Assembly: GCA_030167865.1 (NCBI GenBank)
Contig: JALAGF010006401.1
Span: 1 to 56,675, forward strand
Length of the DNA stretch: 56,675 nucleotides
Direction of reading: 5' to 3'
Origin: Craspedostauros australis
Taxonomy: Eukaryota
The notes under the pieces were generated by a model that did no database searches, had not been told where the DNA came from, and was given only the letters and a program-made list of their open reading frames with translations. The position numbers were made by a program, and so were the translations under genes. Positions within the stretch are counted from its first letter, which is position 1. Each line of letters opens with the position of its first letter. This document shows, one piece after another, positions 34,312 to 47,035 of this stretch.

Positions 34312-35637
34312 ATGAGCACCGCACAATATTGGCACGAGAGCCCGCATCCGGAATTCCCGGAATGGCAGCAGATCGCTCTCGTTCTATCATCGGGCATCAC
34401 GGGTTTCCTCTCCCTGGTGGGTTCTTCGATCATCCTCTGGCTCATCTTCTCCGATCTCAACCGCAAGTTCAAGCGGGTCAAGTACCGCTTCCTGCTGGGT
34501 CTCTGCATCTCAGATATCGTCATTTCCATCACGTACATGTTCTGGAGTCTCCCCATCCCCGAAGGCACACCCAATGTCTGGGGTGCCATGGGCAACGACA
34601 CGACATGCTCCGTCCAGGGATTTGCAATCGCATTGGCGTTAACGGCGACGATCTACAATGCAGCACTGTCCCATTTCTTCTACAGGTCCGTGTGCTACGG
34701 CGTGACGGACGATGAGTACTACTTCAGCGGCTGGGAGCTGGGATGGCACCTGCTGGCGATATTCTTCCCATGCAGCACGGGGCTGATCGGAGTTGCGATG
34801 GAGGTGGCCAACTTCGCAGGTTTCGGATGCTGGTCCGGACCGTACCCACCGGACTGCCTGCACGAGGAGGATATCGAATGCATCCGCGGTGAGAATGGCT
34901 ACATCTTCGGCTGGTTGGTCACCGGTTTGCCGACATTCATCCTGCTGGTGGTCGTGGCCTACTGCATGTGGAGGATCAAGCAGGAAGTGGCCACCGTCGT
35001 TGGCAGTCTGAAAACGATCCCTGCCATCGAGCAAAAGCAGAACGGCAAGGCCGGCAACACCAGGGACAGCATCGTGACGACGAAGACGAATCACAACACG
35101 GATGACAGCTCCATCCTCGATGACGACATGTCCATGGAGACGGACGGAAGCGACGGTGAACCTGAAGCCGTCGACCCCAGCGACGTCTCCGACCAGTCCA
35201 GCCTCGGACTGGAGCGCAAAGTCACGGAGGTGGCGCAGCAGGCGTACTGGTACTTTGCCATCTACTTCGTCACCCACATCTTTGGCTTCCCCGCCTTCTT
35301 TCTCGAGTCCGTGGGAATCCCTCAGAACTTCTGGCTCTCATGGCTCTTCATGCTGACATGGCCGTTGCAAGGGCTGGGGAACCTGTTCGTCTTCATGCGA
35401 CCGCGCGTGCTGATCGTCCAGAGGAAGTATCCGTCGTACTCCTACCGGCAGGCACTGTACGTGTCGATCTTTCGGTACGATCGGCTGTTCACGCCATCCG
35501 AGAAGGAATCATCATCCGCCGATGATGTGCCGCAGATACCGAGCGCTCACGGGACGAGCGGTGATGGGCAGCATCAAGCGCGTACGATCAGGAATGCGGG
35601 ACGCTCAAGCAGAAGTGGTAGCAAGGAATTCACATAG
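34312..35637 (+). CDS. 7-TM G-protein-coupled receptor, cAMP-receptor/Git3-like
   Basis: First ATG at 34312. LSLVGSSIIL, YRFLLGLCISD, GNDTTCSVQGF, GCW...PPDC...CIRG, a long acidic third intracellular loop, and WPLQGLGNLFVFMRPR; seven hydrophobic segments. Confidence 0.88.
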   Translation: MSTAQYWHESPHPEFPEWQQIALVLSSGITGFLSLVGSSIILWLIFSDLNRKFKRVKYRFLLGLCISDIVISITYMFWSLPIPEGTPNVWGAMGNDTTCSVQGFAIALALTATIYNAALSHFFYRSVCYGVTDDEYYFSGWELGWHLLAIFFPCSTGLIGVAMEVANFAGFGCWSGPYPPDCLHEEDIECIRGENGYIFGWLVTGLPTFILLVVVAYCMWRIKQEVATVVGSLKTIPAIEQKQNGKAGNTRDSIVTTKTNHNTDDSSILDDDMSMETDGSDGEPEAVDPSDVSDQSSLGLERKVTEVAQQAYWYFAIYFVTHIFGFPAFFLESVGIPQNFWLSWLFMLTWPLQGLGNLFVFMRPRVLIVQRKYPSYSYRQALYVSIFRYDRLFTPSEKESSSADDVPQIPSAHGTSGDGQHQARTIRNAGRSSRSGSKEFT

Positions 35638-36175
35638 AGTCGATTACGGCAAACTAGTGATTCCCAGCGCAATCACTCGCACATGTACATACCATAAAAT
35701 GAAGCTACTCTACTCTATACAATTGTTTCTTCTTTCAAGCATGTTGCGTGGGATAGTGGCCGTCCATCTTCATTGAATTCACACATCTCGTTTCTCCCGG
35801 TCTCTCTCGCTCTCGATCTCTCTGGCTTTCTCTCTAGAGACCTATCTTGCTAGCATGTGATTCACACGCTGGACTCAACGGAATGAGATCAAAGGATTTG
35901 ATTGGTCGACACCAGCACACGCCAACCACCAATTTTCGATTCTCTCACTTTTTCGATCGCTCGATTCGTCTTTGTTCGGCAGTAGCGCAAAAGAACGGCA
36001 GATCTTCTTCTTTTTCTTTGTTTCGCACAAAAGAGAGCCAACGCACGCACAAACATCTCGTCATCCATTCTCAGCTTGCTCTCCTTGCGTTTGTATTTGT
36101 TCCATTGGACATTAAGGTCAAGGTCAAGACCAAGATCAACGTCACATACCACAATACCTACAAACAGAAGCAATC

Positions 36176-38472
36176 ATGAAGGCGAAGGAGGCATCGTTGG
36201 AGAAGAAGGCCATCAAGGTCGCCAGAAAGCACCTGAAGAAGGGAGCCGGTGGCGGAAAGATCAAGCTCAAGGAGCTGTCCAAGCTCGTTGTCGATCGTCT
36301 CTGCGGCAAGGAGGACGGTGATGCCAAGGATGCGGAGATCACGCACAAGCAGGTCAAGGCGTGGATCCAGAAGAAGAGCGATAAGTTCACGATCTCCGGC
36401 AAGTACGTCGCACTTGCGGCTGGTGATGGCGACGCCAATGACAAGGAGGATTCTGGAGAAGGCAGTTCCGACAACAAACGTCCCAGACCAACGGAGCAGA
36501 GTGAGAAGCACATGATCAGTGATGAGGATGAGAATGACAACGGCAACGGAAACGGCAAGGAGGAGAAGAAGCCAAAGAAGGAAAAGAAACAGAAGAAAAA
36601 GAGCAGGGATGGCAAGGATAGAGACAGCCCCTCAAAGAAGGCACGCAAGGCGGATGCTGCTCCTGCATCGGGTGTCGATGGCTGGCGCAAGGAGAATCGC
36701 ATCGTCCTCAAGGCAACTCGCCTCGGCGATGACAACGCCAAGGAGGTGGAATCGAAATTGACCAAGGCCATCGATGCCAATGCCATCTACCATCCCTTCC
36801 AAACCTTCGAGGACGGGCGTTGCCTGGAGCTGCTGCATGCCAACCTCATCCGCCAATGCACGGTGCAGAACAAATTCACAACGCCGTCCCCCATCCAGGC
36901 GCAGTCCTGGCCCATCCTCATGGCCAAGGAATCGTCCAAGACGAACGCCGTCAACAAGCTGCAGGACCTCGTCGGTATCGCCGAAACGGGATCCGGCAAG
37001 ACGCTGGCGTTCTCCATCCCGGCCCTTTCCTCAATGGCAAGCACGCCCAGCAAACAGCGCCGTCTGCCCCGCATGCTCGTGCTGTCCCCCACGCGTGAAT
37101 TGGCGATGCAGTCGCAGGACGTGCTGGAGGAGTTCGGTGCGGCCGTGGGGCTGCGATCGGTCGTCCTCTACGGTGGCGTGCCGAAGCACACGCAGGTGGC
37201 GGACCTCAAAAAGAAGAACGTCGATTGCGTCGTGGCCACGCCTGGGCGCATCAAGGATCTCATCAACGACGGTTCGTGCGATCTGAGGGAAATTCAGCAT
37301 CTCGTGCTCGATGAGGCCGATCGAATGTTGGTGAGTGCTTAACTTGTTTCTGCTGTTGCTATTGCTGCTGCTGCTGTTGTTGTTATTGGGGGTGCGTGAT
37401 GGCTGGTGCTATGGCGATTTCGTTTCATCTGATGGATGGATCTGCTCGTGTTCGTCGGTGAAGCTCTGCCTCTTTACGAGTGAGTATGCATGCCCAAGGA
37501 GCATGTGTGCGGGATGCTGCCGACTATTCTACTGTGTACTTTCATCTCATTCTCTTTCTTTCGTTCGCACTCTCACACTAATATGCTTTTTGCGATTTGA
37601 CAACACGCGATCCTGTCACCGTTGAACTCGTACAGGACATGGGATTCGAGCAAGATGTGAGGTTCATCATTTCGAACTGCAAATCGAAGGACGATGGACG
37701 CCAGACCGCCATGTTCTCCGCGACGTGGCCCGCCGTGATCCAGAACATCGCCATGGAGTACATGATCAATCCTATCCGTGTCTACGTCGGGTTTGAGGCC
37801 ATCGTGGGCAGCAACGGCGAGAACGAGATCGACGATTCCCTGTCGGCCAACAAGCGCGTCGAGCAGCGCATCGAGGTCCTGGAGGACCGCGCCCGCGAAC
37901 AGCGGCTTCGCGTCCTGCTGCGACAGCATCAGAAGAAGACCAAGAAGAGCGTGGAGGACCAACGCATCCTCATCTTCGCCCTGTACAAGAAGGAGGCCGA
38001 GCGCCTGGAGCACTCCCTGAAGCGCGATGGCTTCGACGTCTGCTCCATCCACGGCAACAAGAACCAGCACAGCCGCACGGCCGCCCTGGCCGACTTCAAG
38101 TCCGGCAAGTGCCCGCTGCTCGTGGCCACCGACGTCGCGGCGCGCGGTCTCGACATCCCCAACGTCGAGGTCGTGATCAACTTTACCTTCCCCTTGACCA
38201 TCGAGGATTACGTGCATCGCATCGGCCGCACGGGACGCGCCGGCAAGACGGGGATCAGCTACACCTTCTTCCAGCCGACGGACAAGTCGCACGCTGGGGA
38301 GTTGCAGCAGGTGATGAAGCAGGCTGGGCAGGACGTGCCGGAGGACCTCATGAAGTTCGGCAGCACCATCAAGAAGAAGGAGCACAAGCTGTACGGCAAC
38401 TTCGGACCGCGCGGCGGTGGGCCCATGAAGAAGGCCACGAAGATCACATTCGACTACAGCGACGGAGAGTGA
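36176..38472 (+). CDS. DBP3: DEAD-box RNA helicase DBP3 (exons 36176-37330, 37636-38472)
   Basis: Q-motif PSPIQ, AETGSGKT, PTRELA, TPGR. DEADRML|DMGF is joined by the phase-0 intron gtgagt...tacag (37331-37635). SAT, ARGLD, HRIGRTGR, Lys-rich N-terminus, and the C-terminal KFGSTIKKKEHKLYG typical of Dbp3. Confidence 0.93.
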
Positions 38473-38998
38473 AGTGGGTGTTGTGCGGCATGTGAATGTA
38501 CGACTTTTGTCCAAACAACTGATGGAGACTGCGCTTACCAGTATGCACGCTTACTCCAATTTACATGTTCATGTACATGCACGTGTCCAGTGTGTACAAA
38601 GGATCTTGCGTTATTGGCTACGAGTAATTTGAGGAAGTGGGTATTCTCTAAAGTAGTATTGGTCTCTTCTCGATTGGCATACCAGTCTCCGCATGAGGAG
38701 CTCGGGGACAGGACCGGACGATGCGTCCGATAGGAATACCCGCGGCTAAACTGCTCCATTCTACATTTATTTCTCATAGACTGTGATGTGATGTGTTCTT
38801 TGCCAACGGTTCGCATGACGTTGGCGATGATCGTTTGCAATCGTGGGAACGCTTCCGCAAGCGTTGTGATGTGGTGAAGCCAACCAACGCACAAAACGCA
38901 GAAGAGGAAGTCAACAAGACTTCGGCATCACCTCAGTCCACCATTGTATTTCCTCTCATCTTGCATCCCAGGACAGCGGAGGAGAGCGCAGCGGAAGA

Positions 38999-39573
38999 AT
39001 GGGGAACTGCTGTGGCAAGGACGACGCAGTTGCTGCATCGGGCACACGTCCTGCGAGGTCGTCCAACAAGGCATTCCAGGGTGAGGTGAGCATACTCAGA
39101 AGGTTCGGTGTGGCACTGTTTGAGGGGAGAGGATGATATCTTCTCCCCTGCCATGCTCTCTCATTCTCACCTCTGCCTGGCACTCGGTCCATCGTTCGGC
39201 CCATCCCTTTGTTCCATGCATTTCATACGTCAATACAATGCGACGTCACGCAACGCAACGTGATACAATCCTGCGCCCCTTTGAATGAGCACAGGGACAT
39301 CGATTAGGCACAGTCCATGAGCAGAACTCGCCTCTCATCCACAACAACAAGGCCGCCGCAACCACAGCCAACAATGATATTCCGAAACCCAAGGTCGATC
39401 CATCGTTGACTGGTGACGATCGGGATCAGCTGCGCAACGAACGCGTGGCGGCCGCGGAGGCTCGGATGAAGAAGCAGGGACTGTCGACGAAACCCAAGAA
39501 GAAAAAGACGGATCCCAACGCTCCGCTGGTGGGTCCCAACTCCAAGCCGACCATGACCTGGCAGATGGGATAG
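38999..39573 (+). CDS. Small SVIP-like p97/VCP/Cdc48 adaptor, 121 aa (exons 38999-39085, 39295-39573)
   Basis: MGNCCGK myristoylation/palmitoylation start. The phase-0 intron gtgagc...cacag joins FQGE|GHRLG (SHP box). VIM motif RNERVAAAEAR (Rx5AAx2R); ends MTWQMG-stop. Not in the ORF track. Confidence 0.85.
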
Positions 39574-40542
39574 GTCGGAGTCGGTTCAGCGCGTTGTCCT
39601 GATATGCAGTGTCGTGAACCAACAAAGAAGTCTGAAGACAACTCCTCAGTGGCAGCCAAAGCATCTTCGTCAAGTGCTGTGTGGATTGGATGGACAATCT
39701 CTCGAGAAGAATGGCAGATTGAGACCGTCTGACTTGCAGGAATTGCCAGAGGAGCCCCAATGAGTTGACATGCCCTTGACAGGATGGAAGATGAACCAAC
39801 CTGGTCACGGTGGCAGAGAGCGCCACTGCATGATGGATGTAAAGGCAGCATGTCCAGTTGCACAGAACAGACGAAGCAAGTCGAAGTGAATTGGGTCAAA
39901 TGGAATGGAATGGAATGAAAGAGTGTAGTAGTATGGTATCAAGAGACTTCTATTGCTGTGTGCGATTGGGAAAGCATACCACCAACGTTAAGGCAACATC
40001 ACGGGGGTAATGAATTATGCCATGCCAAAGATCCCACATAATGACATCATTCCACACGGATGAGGGATCGTGAATGACACGACAGCACAATGAAGTGCAA
40101 GGTCATTACACTGAACAGTCTGCAAGAGATGGAGCAATAGAATCTGTAGCGCGCGCTCTCATGAGTTGCCTGTCATGGTAATGCATTGCTCTAGAGTCTG
40201 GCGTAACGTCAAGAGTGGATGCCTTTGCTTTCTCATCTGTAATTGCACGCTTCGTCTTCGTTGGTGTTTCCAAGTTTTCTCGTAGTGCTTGCATGCGTCC
40301 TCCACAAACCTCGTCACCATGAAACACATGCCATGGAGTATCAACAAATGCTGTCTCTTGTCTTGATGTATTTGCAGACTGACTCAACCCGTTCTGTTGC
40401 TCTTCCAACTTCTTCCATTCAATCCTGTTCCATCTTCATCCACACTGAGTTGCATCAAGTACATCCATCGCACCAGCCCCAGCACCAGTTGCAATACCAT
40501 CGAAGCCCACACACGCATGCATGTGCGCTTGCAGCAACGCAT

Positions 40543-41649
40543 TTATTGCACCCAATCCAGACCTTCCGACTGCGCCTTAGCCTTGGCGAGCTTCCAGGCC
40601 GGTGGGTTCTCATCGATGAAATCATGGAGTTCCCGCACAACCTGATCGGCAACCGCCGCTGTGTCCATGTCGCTGGAATCAATCTCGATGCGCAAATCTG
40701 CTTGGCTGTACTTGTCCTTGCGCTCTTGCAGCAGATCCTTGAGCTTCTGCAACGGATCGTCGCACTGCAGCAAAGGACGGTCGTTGTCGCCGTTGTTCTG
40801 CAGACGCTCGTAGATGATCTCTGGCGTGGGATCCAGCCAGATGACGACGCCCGATTGCAGCTTGGCCCAGTTCTCGAGCTTCGTGATGAGGCCGCCACCC
40901 GTGCTGACGACGCAGCGCACGTAGGAGTGCACCGAGGCAAGGATCTGCGATTCGACGTTGCGGAAGCCCTCCTCGCCTTCGCTGTCGAAGATCTCCGGGA
41001 TGGTCATGTTGGTGGCCTTCTCGATGATCTCGTCCGTGTCCAGAAAGTTGTAGCTGCCCATGCCTGTTGTTGTTATTGCGGTGGTGGTGCAGACGACGAT
41101 GGCGTAATTATCAATGTGAGTGCCAATGTGAGTGCCAATGTGAGTGCCAAGGTGCGTGCCAATATCAACAACGTCCATGCATCACCAACGGAAGCCAATC
41201 CAATGCAACAAAACCTGCGCATGAACACAGAAGAGCACTCTATTCCAATCCATTCTGCGCCCATCCAACTTACGTCTCGCAACGACATCTCCCACGGCCG
41301 TCTTGCCCGATCCCATCATGCCGATGAAGTAGAGGTTGGCACCGTTCAAGCGAGGACCGAGCAGACGCGCTGGATCGATCTTCATGGCCTCATCTCCCTC
41401 AGTGGTCTCCTTGCTGATCATCAAATCGGGATTCTTGAATGGATTCTCCACGCCTTGATCGTAGACCTCGGAGGTGGGATCCTCCCATTCGAAGCCACCT
41501 GCGAATCGAGTCTGCAGGGTGGTTGGCTTGGTCTGCTGCAGCGGCTGGAAGGCGGAAGTCAACGACGAGGACAGCAGGGCCAGCATCATCACGGCAACGG
41601 CAGATGCCGATGCTTTTGCGGAAGGCATCGGAAGCGTGGATCGGCTCAT
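40543..41649 (-). CDS. Plastid-targeted shikimate kinase (exons 41649-41274, 41063-40543)
   Basis: Bipartite presequence ...LTSAFQP, P-loop GMMGSGKT. The intron gtaagt...aacag (41273-41064) joins VVARR-MGSYNFLDTD. Also GEEGFRNVE, VVSTGGG, RPLL and R..KY.QAD. Confidence 0.93.
41113..41150. repeat. 12-bp tandem repeat x3 (aatgtgagtgcc) inside the shikimate kinase intron
   Basis: Direct inspection. Confidence 0.8.
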
Positions 41650-42525
41650 CTTGTTGTTCACGATTCTGCTGGATTCGTTGTGTTCGCTGATTCTCGTCCT
41701 TCAACTCTCTCGGTATGCTTTCGCTTGGCAGTCAGATACAGACAATGGTGATTGGTGATGACTGATTGATGTGTGCTGATAGATGGGCGACGCCTGATTC
41801 TCGGAGAGGCATCGGCGATTGGAGGCAACGCGGATGTCTGCGTACGTTTGGTGGTTGGTGGAGTTTCGTTTTGTTCGTTCGTTTTCTCGCGTTGATTGAT
41901 GTCTTCAACACGGCAGACGTCACTGCGATGATGTGTGCGTGTTTTCACGCCATGCGGAGGACGGACAGACGATCACGCTGAGAAAGGAACTTCTCTACAC
42001 TCCTGGTAGTGGCCTTTCTCGTGTACCGTGGACGACAGGTACCGCGATAGAGCACCAGGGCTCTCAATGTCCCTCCAATAGAGTAGAGTACTGTACAGGA
42101 CTATGCTCTTGATTTTGGATTATGTTTCTAGCACTCTCGACAAGGTCTACCCCATGCCATGTGATGATACCATGCCATGCCACGCTATGATGATACTCAA
42201 TGCGTACAACCCGCAGAGTACGAACAGCGTGCACTTCAGGTCCCCCACCCCTGTGTCCCGGTGCTTCTGTCGGCCAATGGGATTGCGTCTGCCTGCACTC
42301 TTCGTCCGCCGGAATGTTGCAGTGGTGCCAGAGTAGCGTAAATAGCATTGGTCCACCATACATTCGAGTCCAAACAAGAGAAGTGGGCCGTGCACGTTTT
42401 CAAAAGTTGTCCCAAATTGTGCGTCGCCTGCTTTGTCGCTGCTTCTTTCTCATAGTAGATGCAGTGCATGGAGTAGAGTAGTCAACTACCGCACGCAATT
42501 CCTGCGGCGCAGAGTCCACGCAAGC

Positions 42526-45500
42526 CTAAGCATCGCCATTGCCGTCATCATCATCATCGTCATCCTGCGATATAGAGTCCTCTTCCTTCAGCTGTCCCTG
42601 CGTGTCCTTGGCCTTGGCCTCCTCCTTGGAAAGATTCTGCCAGTACTCTAGATTCTCCTGAACGATGGGCAGCACCTCGATCTGCATCACGGGAACTGCC
42701 GCGGCCAAGACTATGAACGCCGGCTGCACGACAAATTGCAAAAACCCGATCTGCGACTGGCTGCGCGACGTCGTCTTGCGATCGCACAAGGGTGAGATGG
42801 CCAATCCCCGTTCCATCTCCTGATCGCCCTGCATGAAGAACTCTTCAAGACAGCAGTCGGCCCATCGCACGAAGGCCGGGTGCGGCTTGGCGGGGTTGGA
42901 AATATCCGCCATGTGAAGCATGAAGACCAGGAGCTTCCACCCGTGCTGCTTGTACAATCCCTCCAGCGATGCGTTGGCAACCATCTCCCGCTGTCGTGCC
43001 TGCTGCTGAGCATTCTTGCGTCGTGGGACGGGTGAATCGTGCGCAGGGGGCAGCGGCTCGCCACAATCCCCGATCTCGTCCGCGTCGTTGATGGAACTGT
43101 TCTGCTGCAAAATCTGACGGCTGCCGCCCGTGGAGGATTCGACGGTCCCGTCGCTCATGTTCTCGTCATCCGACGGCCCCTCCTCTTTGATGGCTTCCAT
43201 CTCCGTCCTGGCCGTGGTTTCCGCGGAGAGGATCATTCCCTTGATCTCGCTGACGGCGGTGAAATGCTTGGACATGTCGGTGTGTAGGACGGCCTCTATG
43301 GTGAGCTTGCGGATGGTGAGGATCTGGTCTGGCGTGGCGTTGCGGAGGATATTGCATTCTATGTTCTTGCTGCGGTCAATGTTGACGTTTGTGTTTGGAT
43401 CCGCGTCGCTGAGCATCTTGACGAAGGCATGGGAGGCGTGCATGTGCTCGAGCACGCTGAGGTCGTTGTACTCGAGGGCCACGTTGGTGCGCGCGTTGAC
43501 CTGGAAGTTGTTGTTGGTGCCCGGGTGCTTGACGTCGTGGATGGTGGCGGCGAGGATGATGGAGAATAGTTCGATGCTGGAAACGTGCTCGAGGAGGGCG
43601 GGGGCACCTTGCTTGTTGCTGTTGGCGCTGTTGGTGCGATTGAAGGAGTGGCTGCGACCATCAACTGTCGTTGTCGGGGTTGTACTTGTCTCCACATTCG
43701 CGCTTGCATCGGCAATTGGATTGACAGGAGCGTCGACGTCGACGTCGACACTGGCATCCGCGCCCACTGACGCGGCGCAATTGGCAGGATGCGAGTGCTC
43801 CGTCAGCTGCAGCATGACATGCATCGTCTGCACGACGTCTGCCGCATGCACGGCGTTGTGATATGGATTTGAGGACTGGTAATCATTCTCGATGGAGGAT
43901 AGATAGGCCACGAGCGTGATGGGCGGAATGCGGAATTGCTCCATGAAGTGGTACCCCTCGAAGGAGAAGAAGTCGACGCCTGATAGATTGAGGGCGCGAT
44001 CCTGTTCCTGCTGCTGCTTTTCGTAGTCCACGGAACACTCCATCCAGTACTGCGCGTGCGGCGATGCGATGATGGCCCAGCTGACGAAGAGCAGAGCGTG
44101 GCCCTTGGTGAGATCGTCGATGCGGAAGACGTCGTAGGTCCAGTTGCGCAGCGATTCCCAGGAGAGGAGACTAGACAGGTGCTTCTTGGCATCCGAGGAG
44201 AGGTCGTGCCATATGGGCGGCAGGGAAAGGTTGACCGTGTTGATGTCCATGGCGTGGTTGGCCCTGGGGTCTGCGGCGTCGGCATCGAGAGCAGCGTCGT
44301 CGTCCATATCCCCGGCGGCGATGGCGATGCCCATGAGAGAGGAGGTGCGATGCTGCTTGGAGAAGGAGGAGATGGATGCCGCGAAGCTCTTGCCGCGCTG
44401 GGCCCTTCTGGAGGTCTCGCGGGAAGAGGTGGAGGTGACGCCGCCGTACTCCGTGGCGATGTGCTGCGAGGTCTGGCGTTTCGTCTTGGAGCTGACCGTG
44501 GCGTCCTGATCCCCGTCCTCGATGGCGATCTGACGCAGGAGGTCGGTGGGTATGTGCGCCGTGTTGTTGTTGCTGTTGTTGCTGCCCTGCTGCAGGAGGA
44601 GGAGGTCGCGCACGGACTTGAGTCCCTGGACCTGATCCTTGCTGAGGGCCTTCTTCTTGGTCCGCAGGATGGACTCGACGATCTGGATGCCTTCGTCCCA
44701 CTGGCTGTTGCCCAGCAGAAGCGCGGAGGCTGACTTGGTGATGCCGAAGCGTCGCTCCTGCCTGTGGGGGTGCGGCTTCTTCTTCCTTGGTTTGAGCGGG
44801 GTGGCCGCCGCGCTGGCAACCGCCGAGGCGATCTTCTTGGAAGACTTGGCGATGGAGAGCGCCATGGTCTTGGTGAGCGTGTTCTTGCGCTTTGGCTTTT
44901 CGTCGCTGCTGTTGACCTCCTGCTGTCTCGATCTGGATCTGGAGCCCGACTTGGACCTGTGCCACGATCTGTGTCTGGACCTGCGTCCCGAGGCGGACTT
45001 GGACCGTTGCTTCTTGTCTTTCTTCTCCTTCTTATCTTTGTCCTTCTTCTCCTTCTTCTCTTGCTGCCGGCGATCGCGGCTGCCACCAATGTTGCCAGCA
45101 GTGTTGGAATTGGAGTTGGAATTGCCGTGGGCATGGACGTTGTCGTAGCCATACCCGTAGCTGTTGCTGTTGCTGTGGCTGTTGCTGTGGCTATTGCTGT
45201 GACTATCATCGTCTTCATCATTGTGAGTGTCCGTGTTGGACCTTCCGATGGCCCTGAAGCTCCTGCTGATGCTGGCACCGATCGATGCCCCGATGTTGCT
45301 GCCGCCTGTGCTGCTTCTGTAGGTCGGGTTCTGCCTGTTCGTCTGAGCGTGGTCGTTGCGGTTGACGTGGCTTGGGCCTGTCCGCATGCTGGTGCTGGTG
45401 AAGGCCTCGGAGGGAGTCCTGTCGAAGGAGGAGGAGTGGTTGTCGGAGCGCAGGCCTGGCCTCAGAGTGAACTGCTCCGACAGCGAAGACCTGCTCTCAT

Positions 45501-45576
45501 GGTCTGGGTCGTTCGTCCTGCGGCTGGCGCTCACTCTCTTGGTGCTGGCGCGCTTGGCGCCGCGTCTGCTCATCAT
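42526..45576 (-). CDS. Class I 3',5'-cyclic-nucleotide phosphodiesterase with long disordered N-terminus
   Basis: PYHNAVHAADV, HDVKHPGTNN, YNDLSVLEHMH, HTDMSKH, HMADISNPAK, EEFFMQGD.E, SQIGF. Confidence 0.95.
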   Translation of the reverse strand: MMSRRGAKRASTKRVSASRRTNDPDHESRSSLSEQFTLRPGLRSDNHSSSFDRTPSEAFTSTSMRTGPSHVNRNDHAQTNRQNPTYRSSTGGSNIGASIGASISRSFRAIGRSNTDTHNDEDDDSHSNSHSNSHSNSNSYGYGYDNVHAHGNSNSNSNTAGNIGGSRDRRQQEKKEKKDKDKKEKKDKKQRSKSASGRRSRHRSWHRSKSGSRSRSRQQEVNSSDEKPKRKNTLTKTMALSIAKSSKKIASAVASAAATPLKPRKKKPHPHRQERRFGITKSASALLLGNSQWDEGIQIVESILRTKKKALSKDQVQGLKSVRDLLLLQQGSNNSNNNTAHIPTDLLRQIAIEDGDQDATVSSKTKRQTSQHIATEYGGVTSTSSRETSRRAQRGKSFAASISSFSKQHRTSSLMGIAIAAGDMDDDAALDADAADPRANHAMDINTVNLSLPPIWHDLSSDAKKHLSSLLSWESLRNWTYDVFRIDDLTKGHALLFVSWAIIASPHAQYWMECSVDYEKQQQEQDRALNLSGVDFFSFEGYHFMEQFRIPPITLVAYLSSIENDYQSSNPYHNAVHAADVVQTMHVMLQLTEHSHPANCAASVGADASVDVDVDAPVNPIADASANVETSTTPTTTVDGRSHSFNRTNSANSNKQGAPALLEHVSSIELFSIILAATIHDVKHPGTNNNFQVNARTNVALEYNDLSVLEHMHASHAFVKMLSDADPNTNVNIDRSKNIECNILRNATPDQILTIRKLTIEAVLHTDMSKHFTAVSEIKGMILSAETTARTEMEAIKEEGPSDDENMSDGTVESSTGGSRQILQQNSSINDADEIGDCGEPLPPAHDSPVPRRKNAQQQARQREMVANASLEGLYKQHGWKLLVFMLHMADISNPAKPHPAFVRWADCCLEEFFMQGDQEMERGLAISPLCDRKTTSRSQSQIGFLQFVVQPAFIVLAAAVPVMQIEVLPIVQENLEYWQNLSKEEAKAKDTQGQLKEEDSISQDDDDDDDGNGDA

Positions 45577-47035
45577 GGTTGCTGTCTGTTTGTTGTGCTT
45601 CAGAGCAATGGAGCAATAGCAATGATGTCCCTACTGCCAGTGCCGTGGTTGAGGATAGCCTCGCTCTCTATACCTCCTCCTCCTCTGCTTCGCTTGCACC
45701 TATTCGGAAGAGCGGAAGCAAGTCCGCAATCGCGATCACCGCCACAACAGTCACAGCAACGAGTAGTCGTACTACTATATCCACAAGCCCAACCGGTTCT
45801 TCACGTGTCCTCTGAAAGCCTTCCCCTGGTGAACCACCTTTGATCCCATGAAGGGATGAATCGTGTCGCAACTTCTTCCTTTGTTGTTGTGTTTTGGTGT
45901 TGTCGGGATCACCAAATGGCGCTTCTGCTTTGTGTTGCTATGATGTTATGCTTTTGTGATGTTGTAATGTAGTATTGTCCTGCGTTGTAGTGGTGTCCTG
46001 CGCTCCACCGCTGGCGCAAGTTATCTCTTTCTTGCTATCTCTTGCTCTCTCACTCTGCTGTCTGCCGGCATCAGAGGTCAACAAAGCCAAGGATCACCAA
46101 GTGAAGTTGGGTTCAGTTGAGGTTGTCAGCGCGTCTCCAGGATAGGGAGCAGACTAAATGTACCATGCATGCAACTGTAGACGTACGGCCTATTGCTATT
46201 CGTGCTCTGAGGGAGCTGCTCTCCGGAAGGTCTGAAGAGCAAGAGCAGGAGTACCAGATGCGGTCTACTGGTGCCAAACAATTGCGCGCGCTCGGTGGGT
46301 GCTTCGTGCTCTATTTCGGCCTTCGCCGCGCCTTTTGTTGCTTTGTTCCACGCTGCAGTCGAGTACTTACTCTGTGGCGTTCGCGCCACCCGCACAACGA
46401 GATGTCGTCACGTGTCACACACAACCACCCAATTCCTTTGGGTCCTCCTTCGATTCTCGATCCTTCCTTGACGACGGTTCCGTCCGCCGTCGTGCGTTGT
46501 CAGACACTCGTTGGCGAACCGACACAAACTCCACTGTGATAGCGCTTCTGTTTCGTAGTATCTTCGATTCGTCCGACTGCTTGGGCGGTCATTCTCCAAA
46601 TCCGCGCGCGAAATTTCGAATGCCAACAAAGGAACCTTCATTTGCGATCACACGCACAACAGAGACAGACAGGAAGGACAATGGATTGATTCCGTCTCAT
46701 CATCACATTTCCATACTACCAACCATACTCGTGTGCAGGTCGCAGCATGGTATCATAATAATACGATCTGCTCATAATACTCACAATACCACATCATACC
46801 ATATCACATCATACGAGCACACGGACGATTACGGGCGCAGTTGACATGCGACCATTCAGCACAATCCAACGACCCAAGTCAAGTGTCAGAGGCTGTGGCT
46901 GTGGCCAGAGCGCTCTTCATTGCATGACGTGCGACTACAGAACAGAGCACTCTACTATACTCCAGCCAACTATATTCTACTCTGACCTGTGAAGAAAGGC
47001 AAGAACATCCCGGAGCTGACAGCAACAAGGTCAAC

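Noticed and set aside
40243..41751. 502-aa + strand ORF
   Set aside because: Antisense shadow of the spliced shikimate kinase gene; no recognisable motifs
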